Below are positions 14,820 through 25,360 of a stretch of DNA of 64,000 nucleotides, piece by piece. The first letter of the stretch is position 1. Each line of letters opens with the position of its first letter. Made by a program: the position numbers and the translations under genes. Under the pieces are notes generated by a model that was given only the letters and a program-made list of their open reading frames with translations, made no database searches and was not told the DNA's origin. Source of the stretch: Geosiphon pyriformis uo1 (taxonomy: Eukaryota; Fungi; Glomeromycota); NCBI GenBank assembly GCA_016748015.1, contig JAAOMT010000480.1:932328-996327 (forward strand). Direction: 5' to 3'.

Positions 14820-15234
14820 AATTTAGCCCCAACCCTAACTCCAGCTCGAATTCCAACCCCTATCCCCATCCCTAAATTAGGTTCAAATGGAAATGGAAAT
14901 GGTTGGGAATATAATGACCCCTGGACTTCTACTCGAGGTCACATTAGCTGGTGAATATTCTTTAGCATATAAAAGAGCTAAAAATTTAAAAGATTTAATT
15001 AAAAACTAATTTCTAATTATTTCCATATCTAATAAAGGGGCAGGCGAGTAAGGCGAAACTGGAATATTATGTAAGCATGGGCCATTTTTAATTTTGTTCA
15101 TTTAATCAAATCATAAATTAGATCAAAATTTATTTATGTCACCTTTAAACAGTCGAACAATACCAACTTCTGATTCCATATATTTATGTATCTTGTAACA
15201 GTCAAGCAACACCAACTTCTGATCCGAATCCGCA

Positions 15235-15300
15235 GCAACAATAACAACAACAACCAACCAACCAACCAACCATCCATCCATCCATCCATCCATCCATCCA
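15235..15300 (+). repeat. Compound (CAA)n(CCAA)n(CCAT)n microsatellite
   Basis: Directly visible. Confidence 0.95.
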
Positions 15301-16739
15301 AACGTCAATAACGAGTACTGCGACCAATGTATCACTTTCATCAACTACGACTGCAATAAATAGCATGGAAATATTAACAAGTTCATCCTAATCGAAACTA
15401 ACGAAATCTGTTTCCCCTGGAACTAGTAACTATCATCTCATCATCAATTCTCAACTATTTTGGAATTAATACCAATCTTGACATGGATGGCTATTTATCC
15501 GCTCGCTTTGATTGATTAAAATATTCAAATATTTGATTCATGATCCTGGCTAGTTGGATTTAAAGTTAAGGGAACATTTTCCTATTAACATATAAAAATA
15601 GATATACACTACAGAGACAAAACCCCTTGTCTAAAGCGAAGAAAAGCGAAGAAATTGTGTATCGTTTTCAAAGTTTTTTAGGATATGTTGCTATTTTTTT
15701 CTGGAACCAATTAATCATAATGTTATAGGAAAGTAGATATATTTGTAAGTTAAAGATATATTAATGGTTATTATATTAAAATAAATGAAATGAAAAACAA
15801 TGTGTATAAATAAATAAATAAACAAGTTTTTAAAAACCATAATCTATGATCAAAAAAGATTAACTATTTCAAGTATAAATAGTGTTTTTGTAAACATAAT
15901 AACATTAAATCAAAAGGTTGAATTGCTGTACGAAACAAACTTTATCATTATAACCAACCTAATTTTTGCTAAAAACAATCAATATTAGAAGAAAAAATCA
16001 TTAATTAAAGCAAAAATATATTTGTATAAAGTGATATTGAGGTTTGTGAAACGGATTTCAGAATCTTTTTTAATATACATGGTTGTTTTTTTTAGTTATT
16101 AAAAAAAAATATGAACTTGCTAAAGGCAAATCAATCGAATCAATAATAAAACACTTTTGATTTTAAGTATTATTTTATAAAAAAGTTAATCTTTAAAATA
16201 TATATTTAAATAAATTATTAATTATGTACAATTTTAATTAGAAATATAATCTGTATTATATTTTAACTTTATAAATCTTTTTAAAATATTTTTTAAATAT
16301 ATATATATATATTTAATTAGACAAAGTATTGAGTCATCTGTTAGATCTGAAAATTAGAAACTTACTTTTGTTAAACCAAAATTACTTTATGAAATTACCA
16401 GTTTAATTTTTTAATTTTTTATGCTTATTAACTTAAGGCCAGTCTAATTGATATACTTTATTGAGCAAAATTCATATGTTCGTAAAATTTTTTTTATTGC
16501 AGACATCAATTATTGCCTTCCCCATCTTTTCATTTTTTTCATTTTCTTTATTTTCTATTCTCTTTTTCCGATGTATCCTGGCATGTGCTAAGGCGACATC
16601 ATTTGTATGATTGCAAATCTCCTTAAGAGTTAACTATAAAAAAAAACTATTTAATTTAACATATATACATATATACAAAATAAATATGCAATAATACCTT
16701 TACATCTAGCATAAGTACATAAAAAGCTTCCAAACAAGC

Positions 16740-17520
16740 AAGGGTTTTAATAGTGTTTGGCAATTTCATTCTCACAAGCCTCCCAAATCGACAAAGATTA
16801 GTGGCTCCAAATGTATCATGAACCCAACCTTTTAATAAAAGAAGTGAGTTTATTAAAGTACCACATATTCCATAATTATAATGGTCCTTCGATGTGCCAC
16901 CGGAAGACCACCTGATCTTAGGCCTCTAAATTGTCAATGCTATTTTTAAGTGTTCCCCTAAGGTCGCATTTTTGGCCAATCCTGGCTCGCAACACCACAG
17001 ACCGCCCATTATTCCGACGAGCCGCTGATCCCCAGCAGGAAATTCCTCCTCTAAAATAAATTAAAGACAATAAACAATAGGGACTCATGAAACTTAATAA
17101 ACAACATGTGTCAATCTTAACTTACACATCCATTTTTAATTCTGTTCTATCAAGAAATCTACTCGTTAGCATGTTAGGAAAGGAATTATCAAAAGATGAC
17201 TCTGAAAGCGGCAAGATTTTCGGCGCTGATTCGGTCACACAAGATGAACAAAATGATTGGACGATTAACATATCTTTTTTTTTTCTTAATGGAGACGATA
17301 TAAAATCTCAAAGCTGGTATTGCTTATATCAATATGTTCACCACTAACCTTCATACTAAGATCTATGACTTTTTAGTACTGCTGGTTCTGTTATTTATCA
17401 AGCGATAGAAGAGTTGAGCAGTATCGTCAAACGAGCAAGAATATTAGCAAAGAATTTTTATAAAAAAGATTCTCCTCGATCTATAACAGCTCTTCTAGAG
17501 ATTTTTCCACCGGTAAGCCA
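16740..17520 (-). pseudogene. Pseudogene of a multicopy fungal hypothetical family, possibly restriction-endonuclease-like (CR-effector type) fold
   Basis: Fragments APKILPLSESSFDNSFPNMLTSRFLDRTELKMDV (GTAAGT intron) and ISCWGSAARRNNGRSVVLRARIGQKCDLRGTLKNSIDNLEA are interrupted by stops and frameshifts. The fold assignment is inference. Confidence 0.5.
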
Positions 17521-17739
17521 ATAACTTTTTAAATGAATAACGTAGTTTTGCTGAAACCATTTTGAGAAAACAAGCATAACAATTTGACTATATTATGTTA
17601 CCTAACAATAACACACTACCAATTACTTGAAAAAAAAAATTTTTACGCGTTTTTGACACGTTTTTCACCTTAACAATAACACACTGCTGATTACTTAACT
17701 TTTTTTTAAGACATTTGAGAGAGAAATATTGCATTCTGA

Positions 17740-18850
17740 AACAACTTACTCTTTATTATGTCTAAATACTTGACTTATTTTGACAAAAACAGACGTATCC
17801 AAATGGAATGCACGGCAGTTCGCTGACCTCTTTAATAATCACACAACCGCGCAAAAATAGAAAAATGGCGCAAAACATCAGCACTCATGTGCTAAACAAC
17901 CCTAATTACCAATTACCTAGACCACATCTTAAGCAGAATGTTACATGATCCGCATAAACATATAGTTGAGTGGCCTAATACAGGCCTTGATGAGGGGCAT
18001 GAGTTGTCTTCGTTTGAGACGCCCATTGTTGAGTTGGTTTAAATCAACTTACGTGTATTGCACTTCTATCGAATCACTACGTCGAACTCTGCAGATGTAA
18101 CCTTTTGGACTGTCTAGATAGACTATCGTCATCATCAGACCTTAAATATTAACATTTAGTATTTTCATTAATATTAAGCTCAAATGCATTAATTCCAGAA
18201 TATATGAAACCTCGTCGTCCAGATAATCATCATCCTGGAAAAGAGAAGACTTGCTTTTTTGTTCTTTGAGACATGGTTCAGGTGCATCTTCAATTAAAAA
18301 TGGATTCGAGTCTTTGAATTTTTTAGAAAGCAAGATGAGGAAATGGCAAGGAAGAACAAAGCAACCAGACTTTATTATTTCAGTTATCCATCAGCAAGAA
18401 CAACTGGTTGCATATTCGTGGCTGAAGTGAGCGCACCTTCAGAAAAATAGAATGTAATGACTTGATTCGGATTGGTATCTTCATGAAAGATACTTTAGAT
18501 TCGGCCATAGACAAAGGCGCCGATTTAAAAATTCTAGGATTTCAATGTGTTGGTAAGGGCATATTATAATGGCTGTTTTTTCCACTTAAACAAATCTTAT
18601 GGCTAATTTTTTTGTAGATCATACCGTTGACTTCTATATGATCACACGTTCGGGTCTGAGTTTGTCGACTCATTGAATGAGGACACTTACGTTTCCAATG
18701 TGATTCTACCTGCCACCCGAGCAATATTGCAAGATCTCCCCTTAATAAATCTACATTTATCAGCAGTTTCGAAAAACAAAGTCACGCTAATGCTGATTGA
18801 AAAGGGAATGGACGAATTAGCCGAATACCAGATGTTATGTTTGTAGTGAA
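17740..18850 (+). pseudogene. Rearranged pseudogene of a PD-(D/E)xK-like fungal hypothetical family
   Basis: Fragments LITNYLDHILSRMLHDPHKHIVEWPNTGLDE, ESKMRKWQGRTKQPDFIISVIHQ, FVAEVSAPSEK and DLIRIGIFMKDTLDSAIDKGADLKILGFQCV (GTAAGG intron), with many stops and frameshifts. Confidence 0.55.
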
Positions 18851-19747
18851 ACACAGAGAAATCATGAGCTTTTATATGTGGAATTTTCACGTCTAATTTG
18901 CACCAAAAAAAAGAGTAAGATGATGAAATAAAGCTTTGGCTAGAGTTTAAAGATGGGATGTAAGAAATGTAAACCTGAAAAAAACGAATTTTCTACGGAA
19001 CATTTTTACCTAGATAAGAATTCCACAGTTACACTCCACGTGATCAATAAATTAATTACACGTCTTAATATTTGTGATATGTTTGAGCACAAAGTGATTA
19101 TATCAGAATTCCTAAAATAGGTTTTTGAACGACTCCTTAAATCAATTGGTTTCTTGAAATGATTCACGCAATTTTCTGCACTCAACTTATTTTAAAGAAA
19201 TAAAGAGAGTAAATACGGTGTCTTCTAAAAAAGTATCAAATCGTGACACGATTGCAACCGGAACAAATACAACTTTCCGTAGGCCCAAATTTTTATAATA
19301 TAATCAATAAAAAAATTCTCAAATTAAAAAAAAACCCTTTTTGAAAATCAACCGGTTGAATAACCTGCTTTTGATGAATCAAGTCATTTCTCATTACATT
19401 AAACTTGAAGGTTGTTAAATTGCTATAATATCTCTATTGATATTACAATAATATTTGTATTGCAATTTAACTTTAATTAACATAACACGAAATGAAGTAT
19501 AACGTCTATTTTTTCAAACAAGTAAAAATAAAAAGAAAAAATTTTGAATTGCTTAAAAAATCTAAATATTTTCCTTTTATTAGTAAAAAGACAGTTGCCA
19601 GCAAAAAACTTTAATTCAAAGACTTAAAAGTGGATCATTTGATTTATTATAATTTGACAGTGCGATTCCCCTACACTCAGGTGTTGCTTTGTAATTAAAG
19701 ATTCAAATAATCTCGAGCGAAGTTAAATCACCCATTACTTTTTGCTT

Positions 19748-20300
19748 TTATTCTTCTTCCTCGACTTCCTCTTGATCACCCTCGTCTTTACCTTCCTCCT
19801 CCTCTTCACCATCGTCGAGAATCCTTTCAATATTCTCAAGCTTGTAGGCTATAATCGAAATTATGTTAATTCAATAAAATCAAAAGATCAAAATTGCGTA
19901 CTTCGTGATCCATATATATTACCTGTTTCCTGTTTCAAAAATTAATGTTAAAAGCCGAAAAAAGTAGTAATTAAGCATTTAGAAAAAATTTTCAATGTTC
20001 AAAAAATTTTACCTTCTTTGTGTTCAAGTTTTCGATCAAAATCCTAGGTTGATCTTCGGAGGCTTGGACTTTCTTTTGAGTGTTGCCGACGATCTATAAA
20101 AAAAAAGGAATTTAATCAAGGAGTCCATCTTAAATGATTGTGTAGAACATTATACTTGCCTCAGGTTCAACAATAATTTCCTTTATAACACCTTTTGTGG
20201 TTTGCATAGCCAAGCCGACCGGATGGTAAATAACCTGTTGGCCAACCTTGAGGTCTTCCTTTCTAACCTTGCACTCACCCTTGTTTTCGAGTCTAGACAT
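19748..20300 (-). CDS. HVA1/DUF2945-like (hypervirulence-associated Tudor domain) small protein with acidic tail, copy 1, 109 aa; exons 20300-20160, 20093-20013, 19929-19923 (7 nt), 19848-19748
   Basis: Spliced protein MSRLENKGECKVRKEDLKVGQQVIYHPVGLAMQTTKGVIKEIIVEPEIVGNTQKKVQASEDQPRILIENLNTKKETAYKLENIERILDDGEEEEEGKDEGDQEEVEEEE. The VG.V.Y.PVG, ASE..PR..IEN..T.KETAYK pattern fits fungal Hva1-type Tudor proteins. Intron 1 is GC-AG. Absent from the ORF track. Confidence 0.8.
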
Positions 20301-20389
20301 CTTGTTATATGTGAATTTTTTAAGAAAAGAAGGTTTATTCTCTCGAGGGAAAATTAGACGGAAATTAGATCTTCAAAGGTAGAATTCGC

Positions 20390-20550
20390 GCCCTATATAT
20401 TTGAAAAATTTTAGATTTGATCATCTCAGAAAAAAGTTTTCTTTGATGAGCCAACAATTGCGTCATCAAGACCTTACTTTTTTTTTCCTTTAGATCAAAG
20501 ATTTATGATAAGGTATCATGACGCAACCTCAAAGGCTCTTGATGTCATAT
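20390..20550 (-). promoter_or_regulatory. Putative promoter of the Tudor gene: TATA-like element plus bZIP (ATF/CREB-like) sites
   Basis: TATATA about 95 nt upstream of the ATG; TTGCGTCAT at 20458, ATGACGCAA at 20518, TGATGTCAT at 20540. Largely retained in copy 2. Confidence 0.35.
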
Positions 20551-21157
20551 CAGAAGTATCAATTCAAAGCCAAATTCGATTGAAACCCGTGAAAGGAGTA
20601 AATCAAATCAATCCTGAGCAGCGTGTAGTAGTTTCAGCGGGTTAACCGCGAGTATGACTTGCTGTATGGCTGTTTTGACGTGACGAACCCAAACAAAGGA
20701 ATGAAAAAAATGTATCAGACTTTTTCATCAAGCCGTCGTCCCATCTAACAGGAGACCATGAAGTCGAAAGCCAGTCTTTTTTGGAAACGCAAACTTAAAA
20801 GCCTAACAGAAATTTATAGTAATCTCTTTACTTGCTAAGTTTTATAAGTTGAATATGTACGTGTCTTATGTGAATCTCAGATTTATGAGAAAGATTAGTC
20901 AGGATTTAAATTGATAACTAACTAAATTTCTCAAAGAATAAATTGGCACTTCAACTCAAACAGGCTGGCAAGTATGTAAAGTTGGTTTAAGAAACACGAA
21001 TATAAGATTCTTCATGCTATTTTTTAATCGAAAGTTCTCTTAAAAATTTGTCCTTTAACCCATTCGGGGTATGATTATTCTCTTGAACGGGAAACTATTT
21101 TCCGATATAAAGCATTCATTTTTCGTGAGAGTTCCCAGGCTACATCGAAAGCCCAAA

Positions 21158-21842
21158 TCACTTCTCGGAAGACTTCAATTTCAGAATGATATCATCCACA
21201 TTTTGAAAAATAAATCTTCTCAATATCATTGAACATGGCCAATACTTGGTAATCGGGAGAGAGATTACGTGCATGTGAATATGATCAACTGTGTTAAAAG
21301 GTGGTTTGACGAAGCCCATACTGTGCGATGAGGTAAAAGGTATTTAATTAAAAAAAGGTATGAATCACAAAAATATATGCTAAAATTGTAATTTATACAT
21401 GAATTCCTGGATATTTTCCTCCTCTTGCCTCTTCAAGCTCACTATGTAGTTTCCTATTTGTTTCATCTTCTCTACTGATAAAATTAGTACAAAAAGTGAA
21501 TGATGAATTTCCCAAATATCCTACCAATTCAAAAAAGTTCAAAAGTTTCTGATTCAATGTACTGCAGAGAAATACCTAAAGAGACATCATCTTTCTTCAA
21601 AGCATTTATATTCTTTATATGTCGTTTGGTAATAACGAGAACATGATGCTTCGCAACTGGTTTTATGTCATTAAATGCTACGAGGTGGTAGTCCTTTGTG
21701 AAAGAATGACAGTTGAGCAATTCGATTGTTAGAACTCAAAAGTACCACAATTAAAAGCGAGGAACATAATGTTAAAAGGCACCTCATAAAGCAAATCTGC
21801 ATTTTTTGAAGAGATGTTACAAAAAATACAATTTGGTTGCAT
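21158..21842 (-). CDS. HINT3: Histidine-triad nucleotide-binding protein (HINT3-like); exons 21842-21783, 21693-21576, 21474-21399, 21320-21158
   Basis: N-terminal CIFC, AFNDIKPVAKHHVLVITKRHI and GFVKPPFNTVDHIHMHVI (HxHxH triad preceded by the PPF motif typical of HINT3). Splice phases are consistent. Confidence 0.88.
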
Positions 21843-22279
21843 AGTAATATAAGGTAAATTTTCAAGTGCCACAATATAGCCACTCGGTACTTATTTAACT
21901 TAATGTTGATCTCTGACATAGTAATTATGGTAACGATCCCAATGACGTATTGGTATAGTCGCGTTCTAATGCACGGAGCAAGTCAAGCTGCAGGCTAAGT
22001 TTCTCTTTTTGTTGCACCATAATAACTTGCTGCATTCTGCATAGAACAACCACTGGAACAACTTGATGAAAACTGGCTTTGTTTTCCTAAGAAAGCTTCA
22101 GTTTACTTGGCGACTTTTCGTAGCGCACTAAATTTTATACAATAACGAATTTTTCACCTCTGTCTATACCCTAGAGTTTTATCATTTGCCTGTATTATAT
22201 TTCCTCTGATATTCCAACACTCCTTCTAATAAATAGTTAGTTGTATAAAAGTAAAACCGCGGCAAAATTTCCGCAAAGA

Positions 22280-23887
22280 ATGGCCCATATAGATGAACAG
22301 TTATTTCTTGATTTGAATCGTCAAATCAAAGAATTACAGCACGAAAATCGTCGTTTACAATCCTCCCAAGTTCCTCGATCAGTCGTTATTGACGTGGTAG
22401 ATGATCATGAAAGGACAACTTTGCTTCAACATGAGATCATTTCGTCTCAAAATGTGCTTCATACATTTGCCTTCGTCAAAGGAAAAAATGTTGTAATCAA
22501 TGAACAAGCTGCACGTTTTCTATTTTCACAATATCTTGCTCTTGCTCCTGATGGAAAACTCTCTAAAAATCATTTGGGCTCTTTATTGCAACGACGAATG
22601 ATTGAATTGAGCTTTGGTATATTAACTAATCAAGTTAAACCTCAATCGTTTAAGCATGATCAAGTCTTCGAAAATAGTGATCAATACAAATTGGAATTAG
22701 AAATATCTTCAGCCGCAGATAACTTCTTGGATTTGCTTACTTGTTTGAATCCATCGGTAAATGCATCATCTAACGCTTATATGAGTGCTGTAGCGAATAA
22801 ACTTCGTCAACAAATTTTTTCATCCATGACTTCCTATAGTGTAGAAAACTCTGGAAGACTCTTTAAAGAATTGCAAGAACTGCTTCTTCATGAAATGAAC
22901 AAATATCGTACTATCTCGAATGATCGAGCCATCAAAGAAGCCAAAAATCTCGCCATAAAAATGATTAATCTTTTCTATCAACTGAAAAGCAACGATGTTA
23001 GAGAAGTTCGGTTTTTCGGTAACGGTGGTTTTTTAGATCGTCAGACCATGGATGGTGGTTATGATGATGATGACGAAGAATTCGATTTTCAAATTGATTT
23101 TTGCTACTTCCCATTGATCACAACCATTGATAAAAATGGAGAAGAACAGGTTGTTAGTAAAGCAAAGGTGTGGCTACGTTCTAAAGATGATCCTTGCTTT
23201 CACAAACATGAAGATGTGACTCTGTCATTAATGGCACCTATAGAAGAATTAAAAAAATCTCAAGTCAATATTTCAAATATGGAAGGATATGACATTGTTC
23301 AACCAATTACTGGATGTTGGCGCTCGGGTTCTTCAAACTGTGAACCTGAAAAGGCAGCGCTTCGTAAAGAACGTGATGAATGGAGAAAAAGTTATGAGTC
23401 GATCTGTAAAGAAGTGGAAACCCAAAAGCAAGAATCATCTGATAGGATTGAAAAACTTACAAAACAGGTCACAGAATATTTGGAAGAAAAAGAAGCTTTT
23501 GAATTAGAAGCAAAGGCTTTAAAAGATCGACAGCAAACTTTGGACAGTGAAAATGATGATTTAAAAGATAAAATAGAGAAGTTAGAATCTACTTCACGTG
23601 AAAAACAAGAACGTGAGGAAAAACGTGTTGTTGAAATCTGTGAAGAGATAAAAGAGAAAGAGGCAGAAGTCCAGCGAGAACTTTCTGCTGAAATTGGAAT
23701 GTTGAGAAAACAGCTTCAAGCTGCCGAGAACCAGGTTGTTCAATATGCTGAACAGGAAGACTATTTTCTTGGTGAAATAAAGAACTTATCATTTATAAAT
23801 CAGTCGAAAGTCATTGAAAATCACAAAGATCCAGCCAGAGCACCGCCTTCTCCAATTGAAGACGATTTCGTTTTGATTGATGAATAA
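22280..23887 (+). CDS. Intronless coiled-coil protein with MIEAP/IRKI-like domain and C-terminal AIM/LIR-like motif, ~535 aa
   Basis: Long ORF; first ATG at 22280. Domain motifs QRRMIE, KLRQQIF, MNKYRTI and FCYFPLI...KAKV are shared with the 40786 gene. Long E/K heptad region; ends EDDFVLIDE*. Confidence 0.85.
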   Translation: MAHIDEQLFLDLNRQIKELQHENRRLQSSQVPRSVVIDVVDDHERTTLLQHEIISSQNVLHTFAFVKGKNVVINEQAARFLFSQYLALAPDGKLSKNHLGSLLQRRMIELSFGILTNQVKPQSFKHDQVFENSDQYKLELEISSAADNFLDLLTCLNPSVNASSNAYMSAVANKLRQQIFSSMTSYSVENSGRLFKELQELLLHEMNKYRTISNDRAIKEAKNLAIKMINLFYQLKSNDVREVRFFGNGGFLDRQTMDGGYDDDDEEFDFQIDFCYFPLITTIDKNGEEQVVSKAKVWLRSKDDPCFHKHEDVTLSLMAPIEELKKSQVNISNMEGYDIVQPITGCWRSGSSNCEPEKAALRKERDEWRKSYESICKEVETQKQESSDRIEKLTKQVTEYLEEKEAFELEAKALKDRQQTLDSENDDLKDKIEKLESTSREKQEREEKRVVEICEEIKEKEAEVQRELSAEIGMLRKQLQAAENQVVQYAEQEDYFLGEIKNLSFINQSKVIENHKDPARAPPSPIEDDFVLIDE

Positions 23888-24620
23888 TTCCACAGCTAAA
23901 ATGGATGATTATGCCTTTAATCATTCATTATCATTCTTTTGATCTATAAAAATTTTGGATTGGAATCCGCAGGCTTACTAATAGATTTTTAATAAAAGAT
24001 TTGAAATTACAAACAAAATTTATCGTGAAAAATACACTACCGGTTTTTTGAATTATTCAGTTGAACATTATAATCTATAAACCGTTCTTATTTCCTAAGG
24101 GTATTTTCTTATATAAATTATTTCAAGATGATCATTTTTGAAAATTCCTTCATGAATTACGAAGTTCAGCTGTAAACTGTTAGCAGTTTTTTTTTGCTAA
24201 TAATGAAATTGATTTTAAAGAAAATTCATTATCACCGTTGTCTGCTTAGACTTTCGCCTATCTAAGACATTTTAATAAATTTTTCAGAGGTCCTATTGCT
24301 GAATTTTTTTTGCTTTTTTCATAGTCAATTGAGAAAAAAGGAAATATATCACATATTTAATAGTCTTCATATTAACCTCTTTGGGTATTTAAAGAATATA
24401 AAACTATCAAATACTAAGTTTTAGAGCGGGAAAAGGGAAAAAAAGAATTTTCAATATTAGATTTTTTTCACAATATTTTGTAAACTATTTCTTTATATTT
24501 GAGATGCTATTTCCTTTATTGGTCATGGAAGTTTTCAGTGCTCTCTGATAGTCTCTATGTTCAATTTGTCCAATATTTTAGAGTATACCCAATCATAAGA
24601 TCGAAATTCCCAATTTAATC

Positions 24621-25360
24621 TCATCTATACGTCACCAACAAAAGGTTCTTTATTGACAAAAGACAAACACTAGTCAATAGCGAAATCGCAAGCAAAGTAC
24701 ACAAAGAATCTTCCGTACATTTTTCATCTCGAACTAAAAGCACATAGAAAGGTGTAACTAATAATGAATTTAGCATTGTTATTACATCTAGGACATGGCT
24801 TGATAAATTCCCTTCAAAATGATCCATTAAGTGTGGCATATCTTCTTTTCGTGAATTCAGGGATAGCATAGTTATATTTATTGAAATGTGTCGAAAATGA
24901 ATAAAAAATTACAAAATTACAAGAAAATCTCACCAATTATCAAGAGAATGAATAGAAAAAATTTCCACGGAAATTCAGGTACTCCCAATGCGCTCGCGTA
25001 TCTAACCGTTACTCGTATTCCCAGATCAAAACTTATGAATAAGGACAAAAATGTTTTTGCTATTCAAGCATAATTGAACCGACAACCAAATGAACACTCA
25101 GTAATATTAAAAATAATCATCCAAAAGTAAATTACCCCCTGTCTTAGAGCTTTTGTGAATAAGTTCTCTGATCTTGGGGAACTAGGTGAGAATATTTCTT
25201 GTATTGTTTCGTTAAAATATTCCATCGTTTCTGCTAAATCGGATATCGAGTTTTTTGAAATTTCTTTGATTGAATATAAGAAAATTTTACAGAGAAGATG
25301 CTCAATGCAATAGTTACCATTCGCGAGTTTTGTTTGTGGTTGCATTTCAAAATCCCCCAT
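24621..25360 (-). pseudogene. Pseudogenised member D of the ~5-TM family
   Basis: Retains NSISDLAETMEYFNE, SFDLGIR, IIG|(GTGAGA donor), KEDMPH and CTEDSLC. It has a frameshift near 25105, exons 1 and 2 fused out of frame, and the intron-2 acceptor reads AC instead of AG near 24851. Confidence 0.65.

Larger units (their letters stand above)
14461..15518 (+). pseudogene. Degenerate Ser/Thr-rich secreted, possibly GPI-anchored, cell-surface protein
   Basis: Signal-peptide-like exon 14461-14564, poly-Thr (ACT)n tract, Pro-rich spacer, S/T-rich 3' part and hydrophobic tail ILELIPILTWMAIYPLALID*. There is an apparent 1-nt frameshift near 14766 and stops downstream. Confidence 0.4.
18784..20663. 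repeat. Left arm of long inverted duplication (partner 62354-64000, which runs off the window)
   Basis: The reverse complement of 63961-64000 matches 18784-18823 exactly. The match continues, with indels, to 20663 <-> 62354. Confidence 0.97.

Noticed and set aside
14678-14869. Poly-Val ORF, and similar poly-Asn, poly-Leu and WMDG ORFs at 15123, 51192, 59301 and 59326
   Set aside because: Translations of microsatellites in non-coding or antisense frames.
17087-17347. 86-aa + strand ORF, and other antisense ORFs such as 19742, 23589, 31279, 32263, 36703, 41586 and 58973
   Set aside because: Shadows of genes or pseudogenes on the opposite strand or in another frame.
17600-17700. Two ~30-bp imperfect direct repeats (TAACAATAACACACT...ATTACTT)
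   Set aside because: Only two degenerate units; not CRISPR-like and no function can be supported.
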